Source of the DNA: Euglena gracilis
Taxonomy: Eukaryota
Length of the DNA: 64,000 bases
Assembly (NCBI GenBank): GCA_039621445.1
Contig: CP154954.1
Location: forward strand, 6,831,425-6,895,424
Direction: 5' to 3'
The translations under genes and the position numbers were made by a program. Under the pieces are notes generated by a model. The model was not told where the DNA came from. It was given only the letters and a program-made list of their open reading frames with translations, and made no database searches. Below, in pieces: positions 50,201-63,518 of this stretch (position 1 is its first letter; each line of letters opens with the position of its first letter).

Positions 50201-53200
50201 TTGAATATTTTTGGGGTCAAAAAATGGGCAAAGTGATGTGTTTTGAGGGCGTTTTCAAGCGTTTTTCGCCAAAATTTTAAGATTATGCTGTAAATCCAAC
50301 CCAACTGGATTTTGCTGTTTTCGGGTGCCACCCAAGCTCAGCCTGGCAGCCGGCAGGACCCACCACCCCTAGACCCCCTCCCCTCAGACCCCCTTGCTTG
50401 GACCCCTTAGAGGGGGGGGGGGCAACCAATTCTTCCTCCAAGAGGGCACCCAAGAAATTTCAATTCCTGACCCCAAATGATCAGCTTTGTGGGACGGGGA
50501 CCAAGGCCTGTAGCCCACGCTCCTCCTCCCGCCATCCCACTCCTCCCCTTCGGCTCGATCAGCCAACGACAGAGACTGCCTCATTTGCCGCAGTGGGAGC
50601 CCAGGCTGGTGAAGCCTCTCACGCAATGCAGCCGTCATGCTTCCACTTTTTTTTTCACTTACCCACCCCCCCTACACTGAGGTTAGAAGCATCTGTTTGG
50701 GGTTGTCGGGGGTTGGCAGGTGGGGTGTTTTGTAGGTCAATTAATCCTTTGTCAATCCGACCCCCAGTGTGATCCAAAATATTGCGCTCAGCATGAATTT
50801 TGGAAGTGTTTGCCAAGAATGATATTTTCCCCAATAATAATTACCCTTGGTGAACTAAAAAAAGGCTTAAATATTATGTTTTCTGGCTCTACAACTGCCA
50901 CAACCAGACGCCGTCAATTCTTTTTGCCAGCAAGAGGGGTTTGTGCTTTAGTTTGTTGGCCCAAGGAGCAGGGGTTTATTGGGAGGGGGCTTCAGTCGAT
51001 GAGGGGCTTATTAGTTGGTGGTGAGGTTTGCAGTGCTTCTGTTGAAGGATACTCTTGTGCTCATTATCTTTTCTAAGCATCACAAAGCAAACAAAAGTGA
51101 GCTTGTGTGCTGCTGGACCCTCACCACCAGGGTAGGGAGCTCCAAGGGTCAGCCCTGAGGTCCACGGTTGGGCAGGTGAAAGAAATGTTTTTGTTAGCAT
51201 GCAGTTTTTTTGTGAGGACTAATTTTGTGGCGGGAAATAAATGTTTCCCTGAATCGTCCAATTGTGCAGAGCACCTTGATCAAGGCCACTTTACCCCACC
51301 GAGGTCGTCGTCTTACACCTCAGCGTGGGACAAAGTCCCCCAAAAAGTGTGGGCGACCTTTTGGCCATCTCCAAAGCAGCATCTTTCTCTGTTCTTGCAT
51401 TCATAGTACGTGTAATATGGGACGCAATGAAGCAAAGAAGTGATGTCTATCCTGCCATTGCTTCCAGGTAAAAAAGGGAGTCGAGAAATGCTGGGTCGAG
51501 CCCCGGGGGCAAACCACACAGCAGGCCTTGAATCATGGTTCATATAATGACCCATCCATATTTTTTTTTAATGAAAACCCACCATCACACGACCCCCCCC
51601 CCCCGCTGAAGTGGTCGACCTGCCCACCATGCACCTTCCCAACCTCTCCCGCGGTGTTGTTGGCTGCGGATCCAAGTAGAGCCCGATCTTGCATCGGAGC
51701 CTTCACCCCCAGGTGAACGAGATGAGCCCTGTGACATGCCTGACGTTGTAGCGACATCCCCCGACTGGGGCAGTGCGGTCTAATATCAGATGGGAAAATA
51801 TGGGAATATTTGATGTGCAATATGCAATATTTGATAAGCATTGCAGAGTATTGTTCGTGTCACCCATTTTGCCAAAATATAAAATGCATTTATTGCCATT
51901 GCTGAATCCTTTGAACGTGGTAGAATGGAAGTTGTCGTTTGCAAATGTCATGTGTGTGAAACTTCCTTACAGAGGCATCAGAAAAGGTCATCTTTTTTTT
52001 TGAAAAGGTGCAGTGTTTTCCAATAAGTTTAACTTCTTGCAGCCTATAAAATGGTGGCCAACACAAAGATTCACCGCTGACTCCCGTTTGGCACCCGCCT
52101 CCTCCCTGGCGCCCGCATCGCTCCCCGCCCATTCCCAATTCCCCCTGCCGCCCCCCGCCCCCGGGACCCGCCCGGCACCGCCGCACTCGAGGCCGGCGCC
52201 GTCCCCGCCGCCCCGCCGCCCGACGGCGCCGCGGAACGCACCGCCTCGACGGGGGCACTCGCCCCACCGCCGCCGCCCATGGCCGCTGCTCCCGGGGAGG
52301 AAGGGCGTGACCGAGAAGCCGGTTGGTTCTGGGGCTGGGCTGTCCTGGGCCCCTGGGTTCGACACAAGGAGGGTGTCCAGGGCACTGGTGGGGACTACCT
52401 TTTCTGGGAGAGGGTGGTGCCATGGTGGGTGCTGCCATGCTTGCGCCTTTCACTCCCTCCGCCTTGCCAGAAGCCGGTGGCGGTCTTGAACCTGCCCCGA
52501 GGCACCAGAGGGTCCCAAATATTGCAAGGTGCAACGGACAAATGGTGCTCTTTTTGAAATATTGCTGCAAAATCTGCAAATTGCCTCAAACCCCCTTTCT
52601 TGTTGCCAGTCACCTTTCACAAAAAATCAGGGGCTGTGGATCTATAACACATACTGCTCCGTTGCATTTTTGAAGCCTTTTCGATTTTTGTTTAAACCCT
52701 AACCCCAAAACTGACTCATAATGTGATGCAGTGAAAATGTTGTGAAAATGTTTATTAATTTGTTGTAAAATATATTTATTATTTTGTGATGAATAACATT
52801 ATAGATACCATTATTTTCCAAAGCTAATTTTATGCTTATGGGTTGGTGTTTGGGTTACGATGCGGCTGTATGCAGCTTGTATGGAAACATTGGGATCTGA
52901 AGAGCATTAATTGGGCAAAGAATGAAAACAAAAGGCTCAGTTTCTTCGTGGGGGCAAAATGCCAATCGCAGCATTTCCAGTGTGTGTCGAAGATATGTTC
53001 CTAAAAAGTGCCCATCCAAGGGAGGCGGCAGCAGGACAAGGACGTTTTCTGAATAAAGTTTTCAGCAGATATGCTTCCTGTTGCTGGGGGGTGGGGATGA
53101 TTCGGGTCGGTTCATCGCGAGGTTCTTGTGCCCTCTGCCGCTGAGCCATCCGGCCATCCCAGCACTGACATGGATCCTGCACCAGCAGACCTGCACTTGA

Positions 53201-53608
53201 CAGAGTCAAAGGGGAACTGGCAGGCCGCGGCCAGCTCCATTTTTCAGGATTATCATTTATTTATTATCATTTTCCTTGTGAATTCCCACCAAGACCAGTT
53301 TTTGGTGACTTTCCGTCACCTCCATTCCAATAACGCTGCTTTTCAAGTACCACCCCCCTTTGTTTACTCTGTTTCGGCGTTCTGGATATGGCTCAACCCA
53401 ACTTGCTACCCAACAACCCAAGGAGCTCTTTAGGAAGCGTTCTTTCCTCTTAAAGAAGGACATGGGTTATCGGACGTCTGTTACACATTTGGGTACGATA
53501 AATAGTCGCACCTTTTGCGTCAATTGCAGTCAACACAAACAGCTTTCAAAAGTATATGTACGTCGCGGTCTTGAAGGGCACCCATTTACGTTTATTGGTA
53601 TTTTATTC

Positions 53609-53948
53609 GGCAGCCATACTCTAAATGGACCCCCCCCCCCCGAGGGGGGGTCCATTTAGAGTGTCCTCTAAATGGACCCCCCCCCCGAGGGGGGTCCATT
53701 TAGAGTGTCCAGGGGGTCAAAATGGTTGTTTTTTTTTGCGTTAATGATGGAATAGGGTTAGGTGCGTGACTTAGGGTTAGGGTTAGGCCTAATTTATAGA
53801 CGGGTGTTAGGTGTACAAGTTAGGCATAAAGTTTAGGCCGAAATTGTAACCCTAACCCTAGTCCATCATTAACGCAAAAAAAATTTCCTACCCCCTGGAC
53901 ACTCTAAATGGACCCCCCCTGGGGGAGTCCATTTAGAGTACGGCTGCC
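53609..53948. mobile_element. MITE sharing the TTAGGG-containing core of 49833-50124 but with different subterminal repeats
   Basis: TIR ggcagccatactctaaatggac / gtccatttagagtacggctgcc; core 53730-53825 closely matches 49905-49998. Confidence 0.85.
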
Positions 53949-54289
53949 TTTTATTCTTATTTTTTATTCTTATTGTGCTTATTATAGAGGTAAATATTTT
54001 TATTCCAATAATGGTGGGTATTCCGTTCCGGTTTCAGGTGATCTTTTGTGTTGTGGGTCAGGGTAATATATTCAAACGCCGAACCTTCGAAGTCAATTGA
54101 CCGGGATGGGGTCCCACCGAAATCCCTCCCAGGGCCGGGGCCTGCCACTGCGGTGGCGTTGCAGCCGCAGCCAGGGGACCTGCCGTCCACCGTCGTCGCG
54201 CCGAACAGGCGTGGGGCTCAGACGGCCGAGAAGGATCGCCCAGCCGGGGGGTAGCGCCGGAAAGGGGATACACGTACCGGGTATCGAAA

Positions 54290-56000
54290 GGATGTTTGCC
54301 CTGGTGCACCGCCGCAACGAACCGCCACACACCGCCGCACACCGCCGGGACGAGCACACATGCCCACCGGGGGTGTGGCGCCCGTGCACATGAGATCTGG
54401 ACACCCCTGAGGCGCACACAGGTTCCCATTGAGTCCACCCACGCAAACACATGCGCGGGGGCCCAGGCGGGCGAATCCACCCCGCTCCCGGGGTTCACCG
54501 GGCGCCTGCTGTTCCGGGCCGCCGCGTCCCTGCTCCGCGGCCCAAGGTTCTCCAGCTTGCCCTTCCTCGAAGTTTCCTTGTAGCTTTCACTCATCTAGTG
54601 CCCATTTAAAGGATGGATTTTTGGGGAATTTTCATCTGCTGTGTGGTTTATTAGTAGGCCAAACCCTGTTCAATGGGCGGTGCGTATGCAATTGAGGGAT
54701 GTTATGCATATTGAGGTGCATATTGATTGCATATTGTTATTGCATATCAAATTGTATGTTGTCATTGCATCACATTGATTATTTTTCTCTGGATTTTTTC
54801 CAGGGAGAATTCTCATTTTTAGGCCGCATGAAATGGAAGTTGGAAAGTATCTGCCTTGAAGGGTGTGTCTGCTGGTATTTTTTTAAGAAAAAATCAGATA
54901 CATTGAGCAGCCGGGTACACAGATGACATAAACATACTCCAGGTAAACATCTTGCCCATACGTGGCGACTGGATGAGAACTGGATATGTGCTGTTTGTGT
55001 GTGTGTGTGTGTGTGTGTGCATGTTGTGTATGTGTGTGTGTTGTGTATGTGTGTGTGTGTGTGTGTGTGCATGTGCATGCGCGCGTGTGTGCGTGTGTGT
55101 GTGTGTGTGGGTAGAGCCTTGCAACTGCCCTTCTGCCCAATCGGAGGGCCCCGCAACCCTGGCAGACCTGCTCTGCCCAAGATGGATGCCTGGGTGGGGG
55201 CCTTGGGCAGCAAGGCCCAGAAGGGGGAAAGGCAGAAGCATTTTGACCACGGATGCATTTAACACCGCGTGACCTCCCCGGTGCGTGGGTATTTGAGTGT
55301 GGGTGGGTGGGTTGGGGGTGGTTGGGTCGGCTTCTTCTTTTTTTTAAGGAGGTTCGCTCTCTGAGGGGTTGGTGCTGTGGGCAGGCAGGTGGTTGGGCAT
55401 TTTCGACCCCCCCCCCCTGGCGGGCGGGGTTTGGCTGGGCAGTGCCAAAGGACACCCCAGCGCAACCAGTGTCACCCCCCCCACCGCCGAAGGAGCTTGG
55501 GACCGAAGGGAATGGGAATGGGAATGGTCAAGGGAATGATCACTGGGCCCCCTGGGAGGGTGCCTGCTGTGGGAGGCTGTCCCACAGCACAAGGTGTTTG
55601 CCCTGTTCCACTGTGTTCCTTCATTTTGAATGAACACAAAACTTTATTTGAACTGATTGACCAATGGAACACCTCATCCACTGGGATCCAGCGGTAGTTA
55701 GCGCCGGCCATAAACATACAAGAAGCCTTAGTCCAACTAGGGGGGGGGGTCTGCCCTGGACCCACCCACCCACCCCATCAAGATTCGGGGTTTGGGATTG
55801 GGTGGAGGCCCGCCTCGGGTGTTTTATCAAAATTTTGTTGGTAATTGTTGTCCACCTTTGCACGGCTGAAACGACCCCACCTCGGCGCACCGCTGCCCTC
55901 ACCTCCGCGGGCCCCACCCGCGGCCACGCACCCTCCGCCGGCAGTCCCAGCCGCACAACGACAGCCGCTCTCGCAGCGACCAGCAGCGGATGCACAAGGC
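54290..56000 (+). CDS. Probable upstream N-terminal exons of TRPV-like paralog 2 (low-complexity, start codon not fixed)
   Basis: GC-rich coding-like blocks at ~54400-54539 (GFTGRLLFRAAASLLR) and ~55127-55174 (PSAQSEGPATLADLL) with paired CAAGG/CCTTG intron ends; a further GC-rich block at ~55866-55995. Confidence 0.4.
54995..55110. repeat. (TG)n microsatellite; another at 15845-15874
   Basis: Direct observation. Confidence 0.95.
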
Positions 56001-56974
56001 CCAGGCTGGATGGGGGCCAGGGACGTTTTTTCCAGGCATCAATTTTTATCACCAGAAATACCAGATCCAAGAAGTTTTCTACCAGAGACCAGAAACCAAG
56101 TTCAAATGAATTATTACGTGCCTGTGGATTGGGGGATGTTTGCTTCCGCCTCCTTGCAAATAGCAAGGCCTTCATCACTTGGATTCAAAGTGCCACGCCT
56201 GTTGTCTACCGTTCTGTAAACCCTGCCTCCCAATTTTGCAATACCCTCAAACTTTGTGTGCCCGAATAACATGCCGGGGGGAAGGCTGAAAAATATTGCG
56301 GCTCAAAAGAAAGGCCCCATAATAATAATAATCCCCCTCCCCTTCAGACAGAAGGAAAAGCATGTGGAATGATGCATCTTTTTTTGGAAACTCAGGAGGT
56401 GGTGAGCACAAAAATCCATTCAAAATGTCTGCAAAGTTAGTAGACCGATCTTTTGGCCCTATTGCCTGCAAAATTATTTGGGCGTACCCAAAATCATTGA
56501 TCATTTTTCCAAAAAGCAAATTGTTAAATGCAGTTTTTAAAAATAATTCTGACCTAATTTAATGGTCCTGTTCATCCGACAATTGAAAATTACCCACCCC
56601 TAAGTTGGCAAAGGTGGTTTGGCAGCCCAACGTTGCTGGAACTCAGCTGGGGGGCACTTTGCTGGGCAATCCGACGCCTGTGGCCTCCCGGAGGCGAGTG
56701 GCGCAGAGGTGCCTGTGCCACTCGCCACTGTGCCTGTGCCACTCTTGACGTTTGGATTGATTTTCCACCCCACCAGGAAACCATCACGTGACAATTAAGT
56801 CGGTACTAGGTACTAGGGACCCAAATAAACTCCTCACACGACAATATGCCAAAGGGGAATAAAAATGTCAGCTGGAACCTGTGCTTACGGTGTGCTGGCT
56901 GCTTTTGATTGTAATTGTTCCAATTCATACCCCCCAATAACTCACTGGATGCCCCCCCCCCCCAGCCTGCCGGC

Positions 56975-59900
56975 GCGGGGATCTTCCGGGCTATCAAGGA
57001 GGGCCGGCAGGAGGCGGTGCGGCAGCTGGCGGCCCAGGACCCCTCCGTCCTGCGCCACACCGCCCAGGGGCCCAGGACCGGAGAAGGGGACGGCGGGGAA
57101 GGGGCGGTCCAGGCCCTCCAGGACCAAAATGGATTCAAATGGACCGCCACCTGATCCAACCTTCCTTGTTTTAAAGTGTGCATTTCCTAATACCCCGAAA
57201 CCCATAGTTTTCAAATCCGGGAAAGTTTGTTCGAGTCTTCCCTCCCCCACTCTGACCACTTTGGCCCTTGATTGATTCTTCGTCTTTCAACTGGTTTCCT
57301 GTCCCTGTGCCCCAGAACGCTGGAACGCTGGAAGTCAAGTCGTGCTGGGGTATTTGTGCATCGGAAATGGTATTTTTTTATTATTCCGAAGTCTCTCACA
57401 GTTGGGTTTTGGGTCTGTTTGGATAAAAACGATGGACCCCTGCTGTCTGATGCGGTCGGAGCCAATCCAATCCACATCGCTTTTCTGTACCGGCAGACTG
57501 ACATCGGCAAGATGCTTGTGGAGTGCTACCCTAAGCTGGCAATCAGGATGGTATGGAAAAGTATGACATATAACTGAGTGCCAATGCCGAGAGAAATATA
57601 TTCCCCGAATGTGGCTGTGGGCGGGCGGGTTGGGGGTGGGCTGCTGTGGGCGTGTTTATGGGCCTTGGTCGAACCATGTGCAAGTTTGTTGTGTGGTGGG
57701 GTCTGTTTTTGTTTTGTGTAGGCCCTTGGAAGATTGATGAGAACGAAAGCAGCGTTTTGTCACACCAAGTCATTCTGCCCCAGACATCTGTGTATGGAGA
57801 AGGGGAATACACGGGGGAGAACATCTTGCACATCGCCATCATCCACCAGGATCAGGCCTTTCCCGGAGAAGGGGGAGCAGTGTTCCATTCGAGGAGGGTG
57901 ACTCGGGGTTTGGGGCGCACCTCAGACCAGGGATGTTGGACCCTCCCCCACATTTTAAGGGAGTCCAGACAAAAATTTTGATTTTGGGGGTTCTTGCTCA
58001 AAATGTGCTTAAAACCGCATTTTGGTCCATTTTGGGCAACCCCCCCCCCTCCCTGGCGGTCAGCCAAAAACCAGTTGACCCCCCCCCGAGCCGCCTGTTG
58101 GGAGTTATCAGGTGGTTCAGCTGGTGGCTGCAGAATTGCTGGTTATCGAGGGTATTGCGCCCAGGGGTTCTCTTAAGCCTGAGGGGACCCAAACCTCCGG
58201 GGGGGGGGGGGGCCCAGCCAGCACCTTTTTACCAGCCACACCTCCCTGGCGGGAATCGGACCCCCCCCCGAGGGGGGTCCACTGAAATAAAGTTCGGGCC
58301 AACCTGGCGAAGCCAGGCTGGACCATAAAATTTTGAAAAGGGGTCAAAAATGGCTAAAACTGACTTTTTGGGGTGGTTTTTTGGGGGGGTTTTCATCTCA
58401 AGATTTTGGCTGAGAAATGCCAACGCAGCTGGCTGGGTTTGGGCTTTTTTGGCATTTTTTTTATATATTTTTGGGGGGGTGTACCCGCCGGGTCCAGCTG
58501 TTGTTCCCAGCCAGCTGGACCCCCCACACTCTTTAGGGGGGGGGGTCCAGCCAGCACCTTTTTCCAGCCGGCCCACGGGGTGGACCCCCCAAGGGTCCTC
58601 AAGAAAACTCCTGATTGCGCCGCAGGTGGGGGTTGGCCCCCGCATGGGCCACAATATCCCCCCCTCCAACTGAGGATTGAACAAACCCCTCTCCAACCCA
58701 TGCAGCAAAGCCCTGACCAGGACGTAGAGCTGGTGCGATGGCTGCTGGACCGTCACCCGGAGCTGCTCAACGCGGAGACAACATGCCAGTTGTGAGGCCA
58801 AAGCCCTCCATTTCAAAGGTCCCCAATGGGGTTATCCCCCGCCCTCTCCGATGGGAAGTGCTTACTTCACAACGACAAATGCCTGACAAAATGTTCTCAG
58901 TGACCTTTAGCTGAGATTCGACCCCGGGGTTGAAGGGTTGTGGTTGGGCCTTGGAAACAGAACCTCACCTCATCCCCCTGGGGGGCAATATGGCTGAGGG
59001 TGTTATTCCTTTCAAAACAGTGGGCTCCAAACGTGTGCTGTAAAGTCACTGATTATGAACAGGGTTGCTATGCTAATGTGCGTTGGGATGATGACCGATC
59101 ACAACAGACGAGGAATAAGCTATTAAGCCAGGAAGATGGGCGCAGGAGTGTTGAAAACCAATCCCTGATGTTTTCACATCATTTTGGGGGGTGCAAATCC
59201 CTTAGGACCTTTGGGTTCCAAATCCTTTTGTGAGGCGATGTGACAACTGCGTGAATGACAACTACGTGACATTCTGTCAGTCTGTTGTTCCAAAGTTTTC
59301 ATCATTGACGTGTTCAAAAATTTTCCACTTTGTTTATTGAAACAAGACATGGGAATGACGGTGGCCAGTCCAGAACGTTGCATCTATCTGATCTATCTGA
59401 TCATATTTTTTTGCCATATTTATCTCACACCTCCCAACACTCCTTGATTCACCCGCACCACCTCACCCCTGCCACTGGTTCATTCTTCTCCCCCGGGGGA
59501 GAGGCCTACTTTGGGGGGCCAGGGACCTGCTTGCATTCTTACACCCCCCACTGGTGGCACAGTTCCACTTTCCCCACCCCAAAAACGGTCAGGCTCTTAC
59601 GCAGGTTTAGTTACCCGGGGGGGGGGGACGGGGTGCGCAAAGGCCGAGCCCCCCCCTCCAGGGGGGGGGGGGGGCGGGCCGGGTGGACACCCCGCTGGAG
59701 GCAGGGTTTTCTTCTAGTTTTGGTCCGAAAAAAAATTGGACCAAAGTTGACCCCTCAAAGTGGGTCCCCCTCAAGCCCCCCCCCCCCAGCAGGCCCCCCA
59801 AGGGGTGGGTGGGTTGGTGGGTCCGCCCCCCCCCCTCCCCTCAGGCCCTAAAAAAACCTCTGGGAAAGGACCAAGAAGCACCGGTGTGGGAGGGGGCTGT

Positions 59901-62900
59901 ATGGGAATGCCTGAAACCCCCCTCCCCCACAGGGGTGTTGTTGTGGTGGGTGTGGGAGGGGGTCGAACCCCCACCTCCCTGCGGGCGGGAGGCATCCCGG
60001 CCCAGCGGCCCCTGCAACCGGTGCCCGCTGCTCTTCGCAGTGTCCAGCAACCAGCTGGACCTCCTGCAGTGCATCACCGCCACCCGGAGTGCCGACCGCT
60101 GCTGGCTGCGCCGCCTCCTGAAGAATCGGCGCAGGGCGACGCACACCCACGGGCACAGGAATCTGCCATTTATGAAGCGTTGGAAAGAAAAATGATGAGC
60201 AACTTCTCCAGCCCCTGCGAGGATGAAAGGAAATGCGCTGGTTGTGGAGATATATCTGGAAGCGGCACAAAACACACATTTTTTTTTGAATTTCCCATTT
60301 TTGAGCTGTCATTAAAGCTTTTCTGTGAATTCCACAACCAAATCACAAATAAATTGGCATCTGCCCACCGGAGCATTATTCTCTGGTCTTGCCATACCGC
60401 CTCAATTGCTCTTTGCGTTCCTCTGCACCTAATCACCACCACGGATTGTTTTGGCAACTCTGCCCTTCATATGGCAGTAATCCACGCACAGGGCTCCTCC
60501 TACAATGTCACATTGGAGTGCACCGGGAACATGGATGGCTTACGAGGTTTCGCTCCTTGTTTTTTTTTTGTTTTCACAATCCAGCGAATTAATTTCTCAT
60601 TCTCTTCTCTGCCAATGGATGCTCATCTTGAGTGTGGTTGATGATGACATGCCGGTTTAGCCCTGGGTTTGATTTGCCCGAAATGTACGGCCAACCATCC
60701 CCTCATATCCCGTCCTGGCGTGCTCTGAACTTTTTTCAAAGAGAGGCAGACATGTTATGAATTTCGTCGGAGCAATATCTGAACGCATATGAATAACCCT
60801 TTGTATGGAAATCAGTTGGACGCGTCTACAAGCGTAATTTGTGATGCCAGGGTGTGCTTTCTTCTATTAAGTAATTAGACACCATGTGGGAGAAGTAAAA
60901 GAGACACGCATTTTTCCGATGTGGAAACACAACTCTTGTGTCCTGAGAAACAGAACACGTAGGCATGCGATTGATGCAGATTTTATCCGCTGTCAATGTG
61001 TTTTGTGTTTGGAGCATAATGGCGAGCTGATGCACGCCAAATACACATTGAGCTGTTTGCCAGGAAGGGGTGGGGTGTTCAAGGCATTGTATGAATGGAA
61101 GAGGAGCCCGAGCCAGCTGGATCCAGGTTCGACGAACGATAAGCCTAAAAACGAATTAATTTCAACACTCAACACCTCCCCAGCAGCCTTTTCGCGTGCC
61201 AAACAACACGAGCCCTAACGCCCCGGCTGTTCCGGGGCAGGCGGGAGCCGGGCGGCGGTGGGGAAGGGTTGCGGGCGACCACGTCGTGGAGGAGATGCGG
61301 CGGGAGGGGCTGGAGGACAGCGACGTGCGCCACTGGCTCAACGCGGAGCGGCTCACCCCGCTGGCCCTCGCCGCCGCCCTGGGCCAGGAGCGCATGTTCC
61401 GCCCGGCCTGCACCAAAGCACCGTTTGTGGGGTGGCCCCTGCAGGCAACTCGCCAACCCGAAGGGCTGCCCAGCTGGGTTGAATACTCGTGGGCTGACGC
61501 TCGCTTCGGCACGTCACTCAGGAGCACGACGTTCAGCCATATTCTACATTTACGTGTACGTATTGTACAAAGAGATGATTATTATCTATTTACGGTTATT
61601 TATTAAATGGACGCTGTCATCCACAGGGTGAAAGCCCCACAGAAACACACGGGGACGGCGTGTCATGCGTCGACAACAGAGCAGGACGTTGGAAGCTGCA
61701 GAAGTGAAGGTGGCAGCTGCCGGGGGCCAGCTGTCTCGGTTAAAGAGGACACCATCTGACAAATCAGCAGGTGCACACCCAAATGATGATTCCTGACAAG
61801 GGTGGAGCTTGGACAAGGCGGGGGGGGGGGTAATGTTCCCCTCCCTCTTGAAGCCTGGGTGACAACTTCTCCAGCAAATCAGAGGGTGTGGCATGGGAGT
61901 TTAGACTTGGTTTGGTTGGCCGCGGCAGGCTGCAGCCACAACCAACCCATTTCGCTGTTTTGGTTGGAATATCCGCATGCTCCCCCAGCCCCCAGATCGT
62001 ACCCCTTTCACCTGGGGAAGCATCCCCCCCCCCCGGTTCTTAACCACTTTTTTAAAGGTCATCTTATTAGGGAAGCTTATTTTGTGTGCACTTTCAAGAC
62101 AAATGCCTCGATAATTTCGGGATTTCTGCAGCCTGATTTGGTGAAATATTATTGGTTTTTGCATCCAAATACCTGTATGTTCAACAGTGGACCTCCAAAC
62201 CAAGAATGTTTTTTTTTCCTTTTCAGCATGATGCACCGGATTCTTTGCAGTCATAGTTTTCTTCCTTGTTTCATACCACCACCCGGTTCTTACCCATATT
62301 TTGGCAAATTAAGCCACCCCCCTGGTTCTTATCTATCTTTTCTGGTCCTTAGACAAGGGGGGGGAGCTAAAGGATTTGTTTGCCAGTGATTGCTAACGAT
62401 AGCACCCCCTCCAATTTAAAGGTGCAGTTTTGGATTCTGTTCATTTATAACAACTGCTTCAAAGTCCCTAGCCATCCACGCCGCCTTTTTCCCTGCAAAT
62501 TGAGCATTTTTTCCTCCAACGCTTCACTGTGCATGGAAGAGTCAAGATTTTACGCCTTCGGCTGATTGCTGGGGTATTTCGTGTTGGCTGCTTCACAACA
62601 CATCCTGGCGAAGTACTCGGTGATCGCCTGGGATTATGGCCCCACTCAGGCAGTTTACACCCCTAATTGTGATGCAATTTGAATTTGAAAGAATACATTA
62701 TTTTAACCCATATTTTGGCGCATTACTAATGTATTGCGTTTTTGCAATGCGTAACTTTGTTCTACAACATCTAGCTGGTTTGTATGGCGTTACTCAATGG
62801 GTTAGCTACAGGGTTTTTTTCAGGACATTTCTACAGGGTTCGCCTCCCCTGAACCTCCGACCCACCCCCTTTGAAGCAGGTAATGCGTAAAGCCGTGAAA

Positions 62901-63225
62901 ACACGTTATAAATATTAATCGAAAGGCGGACACTAAAACCTACGTTGTCGAGAAAAAAATATATAGAACCAGATTTCTGCTCCACTTATCGGATTTTTTT
63001 CATGTTCTGTTTATCCCCTTTCGTTGTTTTTCTTTTTAAAAAAATCGAAATCCATTTTTGGGATGGTCTTTCAAGTCGAAGAAGCAAGCTCCTGTAGAAC
63101 GTTGGCCCCCACGCCTGCTCCCATCACGTGCAAGCTGTTCCCCCTGTGCGGCCTTGAGCAGCCATCCATCGACCCCAACTCTGGAGAGGCTGTCAAAACT
63201 GCCATCGATTGTATGTGCGCCGGGG
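56975..63225 (+). CDS. TRPV-like ankyrin-repeat channel, paralog 2; N-terminal ankyrin region, continues past window end
   Basis: Exons 56975-57061 (IFRAIKEGRQEAVRQL), ~57449-57540 (DAVGANPIHIAFLY), 57783-57849 (YTGENILHIAIIHQ), 58721-58783 (DVELVRWLL), 59477-59516 (GSFFSPGGEAYFG), 60020-60152 (CPLLFAVSSNQ), 60431-60485 (DCFGNSALHMAVIH), 60671-60688 (DLPEMY), 61277-61400 (NAERLTPLALAAALG), ~62597-62643 (HILAKYSVIAWDYGP), 63123-~63225 (ITCKLFPLCGLE). From 60020 onward it is colinear with paralog 1. Confidence 0.9.
58162..58613. mobile_element. MITE with CAGG...CCTG termini and perfect 8-bp TSD (hAT-like)
   Basis: TIR caggggttctcttaag / ctcaagaaaactcctg; ATTGCGCC on both sides. Confidence 0.9.
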
Positions 63226-63518
63226 CTCGGATCCCTGCCCAGGCCTGCAAAGCCATCCGGCTCTCCGTCTGTTCCTGACTGCCTGAGCCTGAGCCCATAC
63301 CTCAAAATTGATGATTTAAAATGCACACTTGGACTGGGGGGCATTGCATGACTGTACCAAATATGTATGTATTCTGTGTGGCAGCCGTAAAGTGCCAAAC
63401 AAAACGAAAAATAATCCGATACCCAGAGTACGGTGCATCTGGGAAAGTCAACCCCCCCCCTTCCCACTGGAAAACTACCTGGCCCCCATGGGGGGCCCAA
63501 TTGTTCACACTTTTTTTA

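Noticed and set aside
52080-52460. Very GC-rich island, possible exon or promoter
   Set aside because: Open in several frames on both strands, with no recognisable motif or convincing intron stems; left uncalled.
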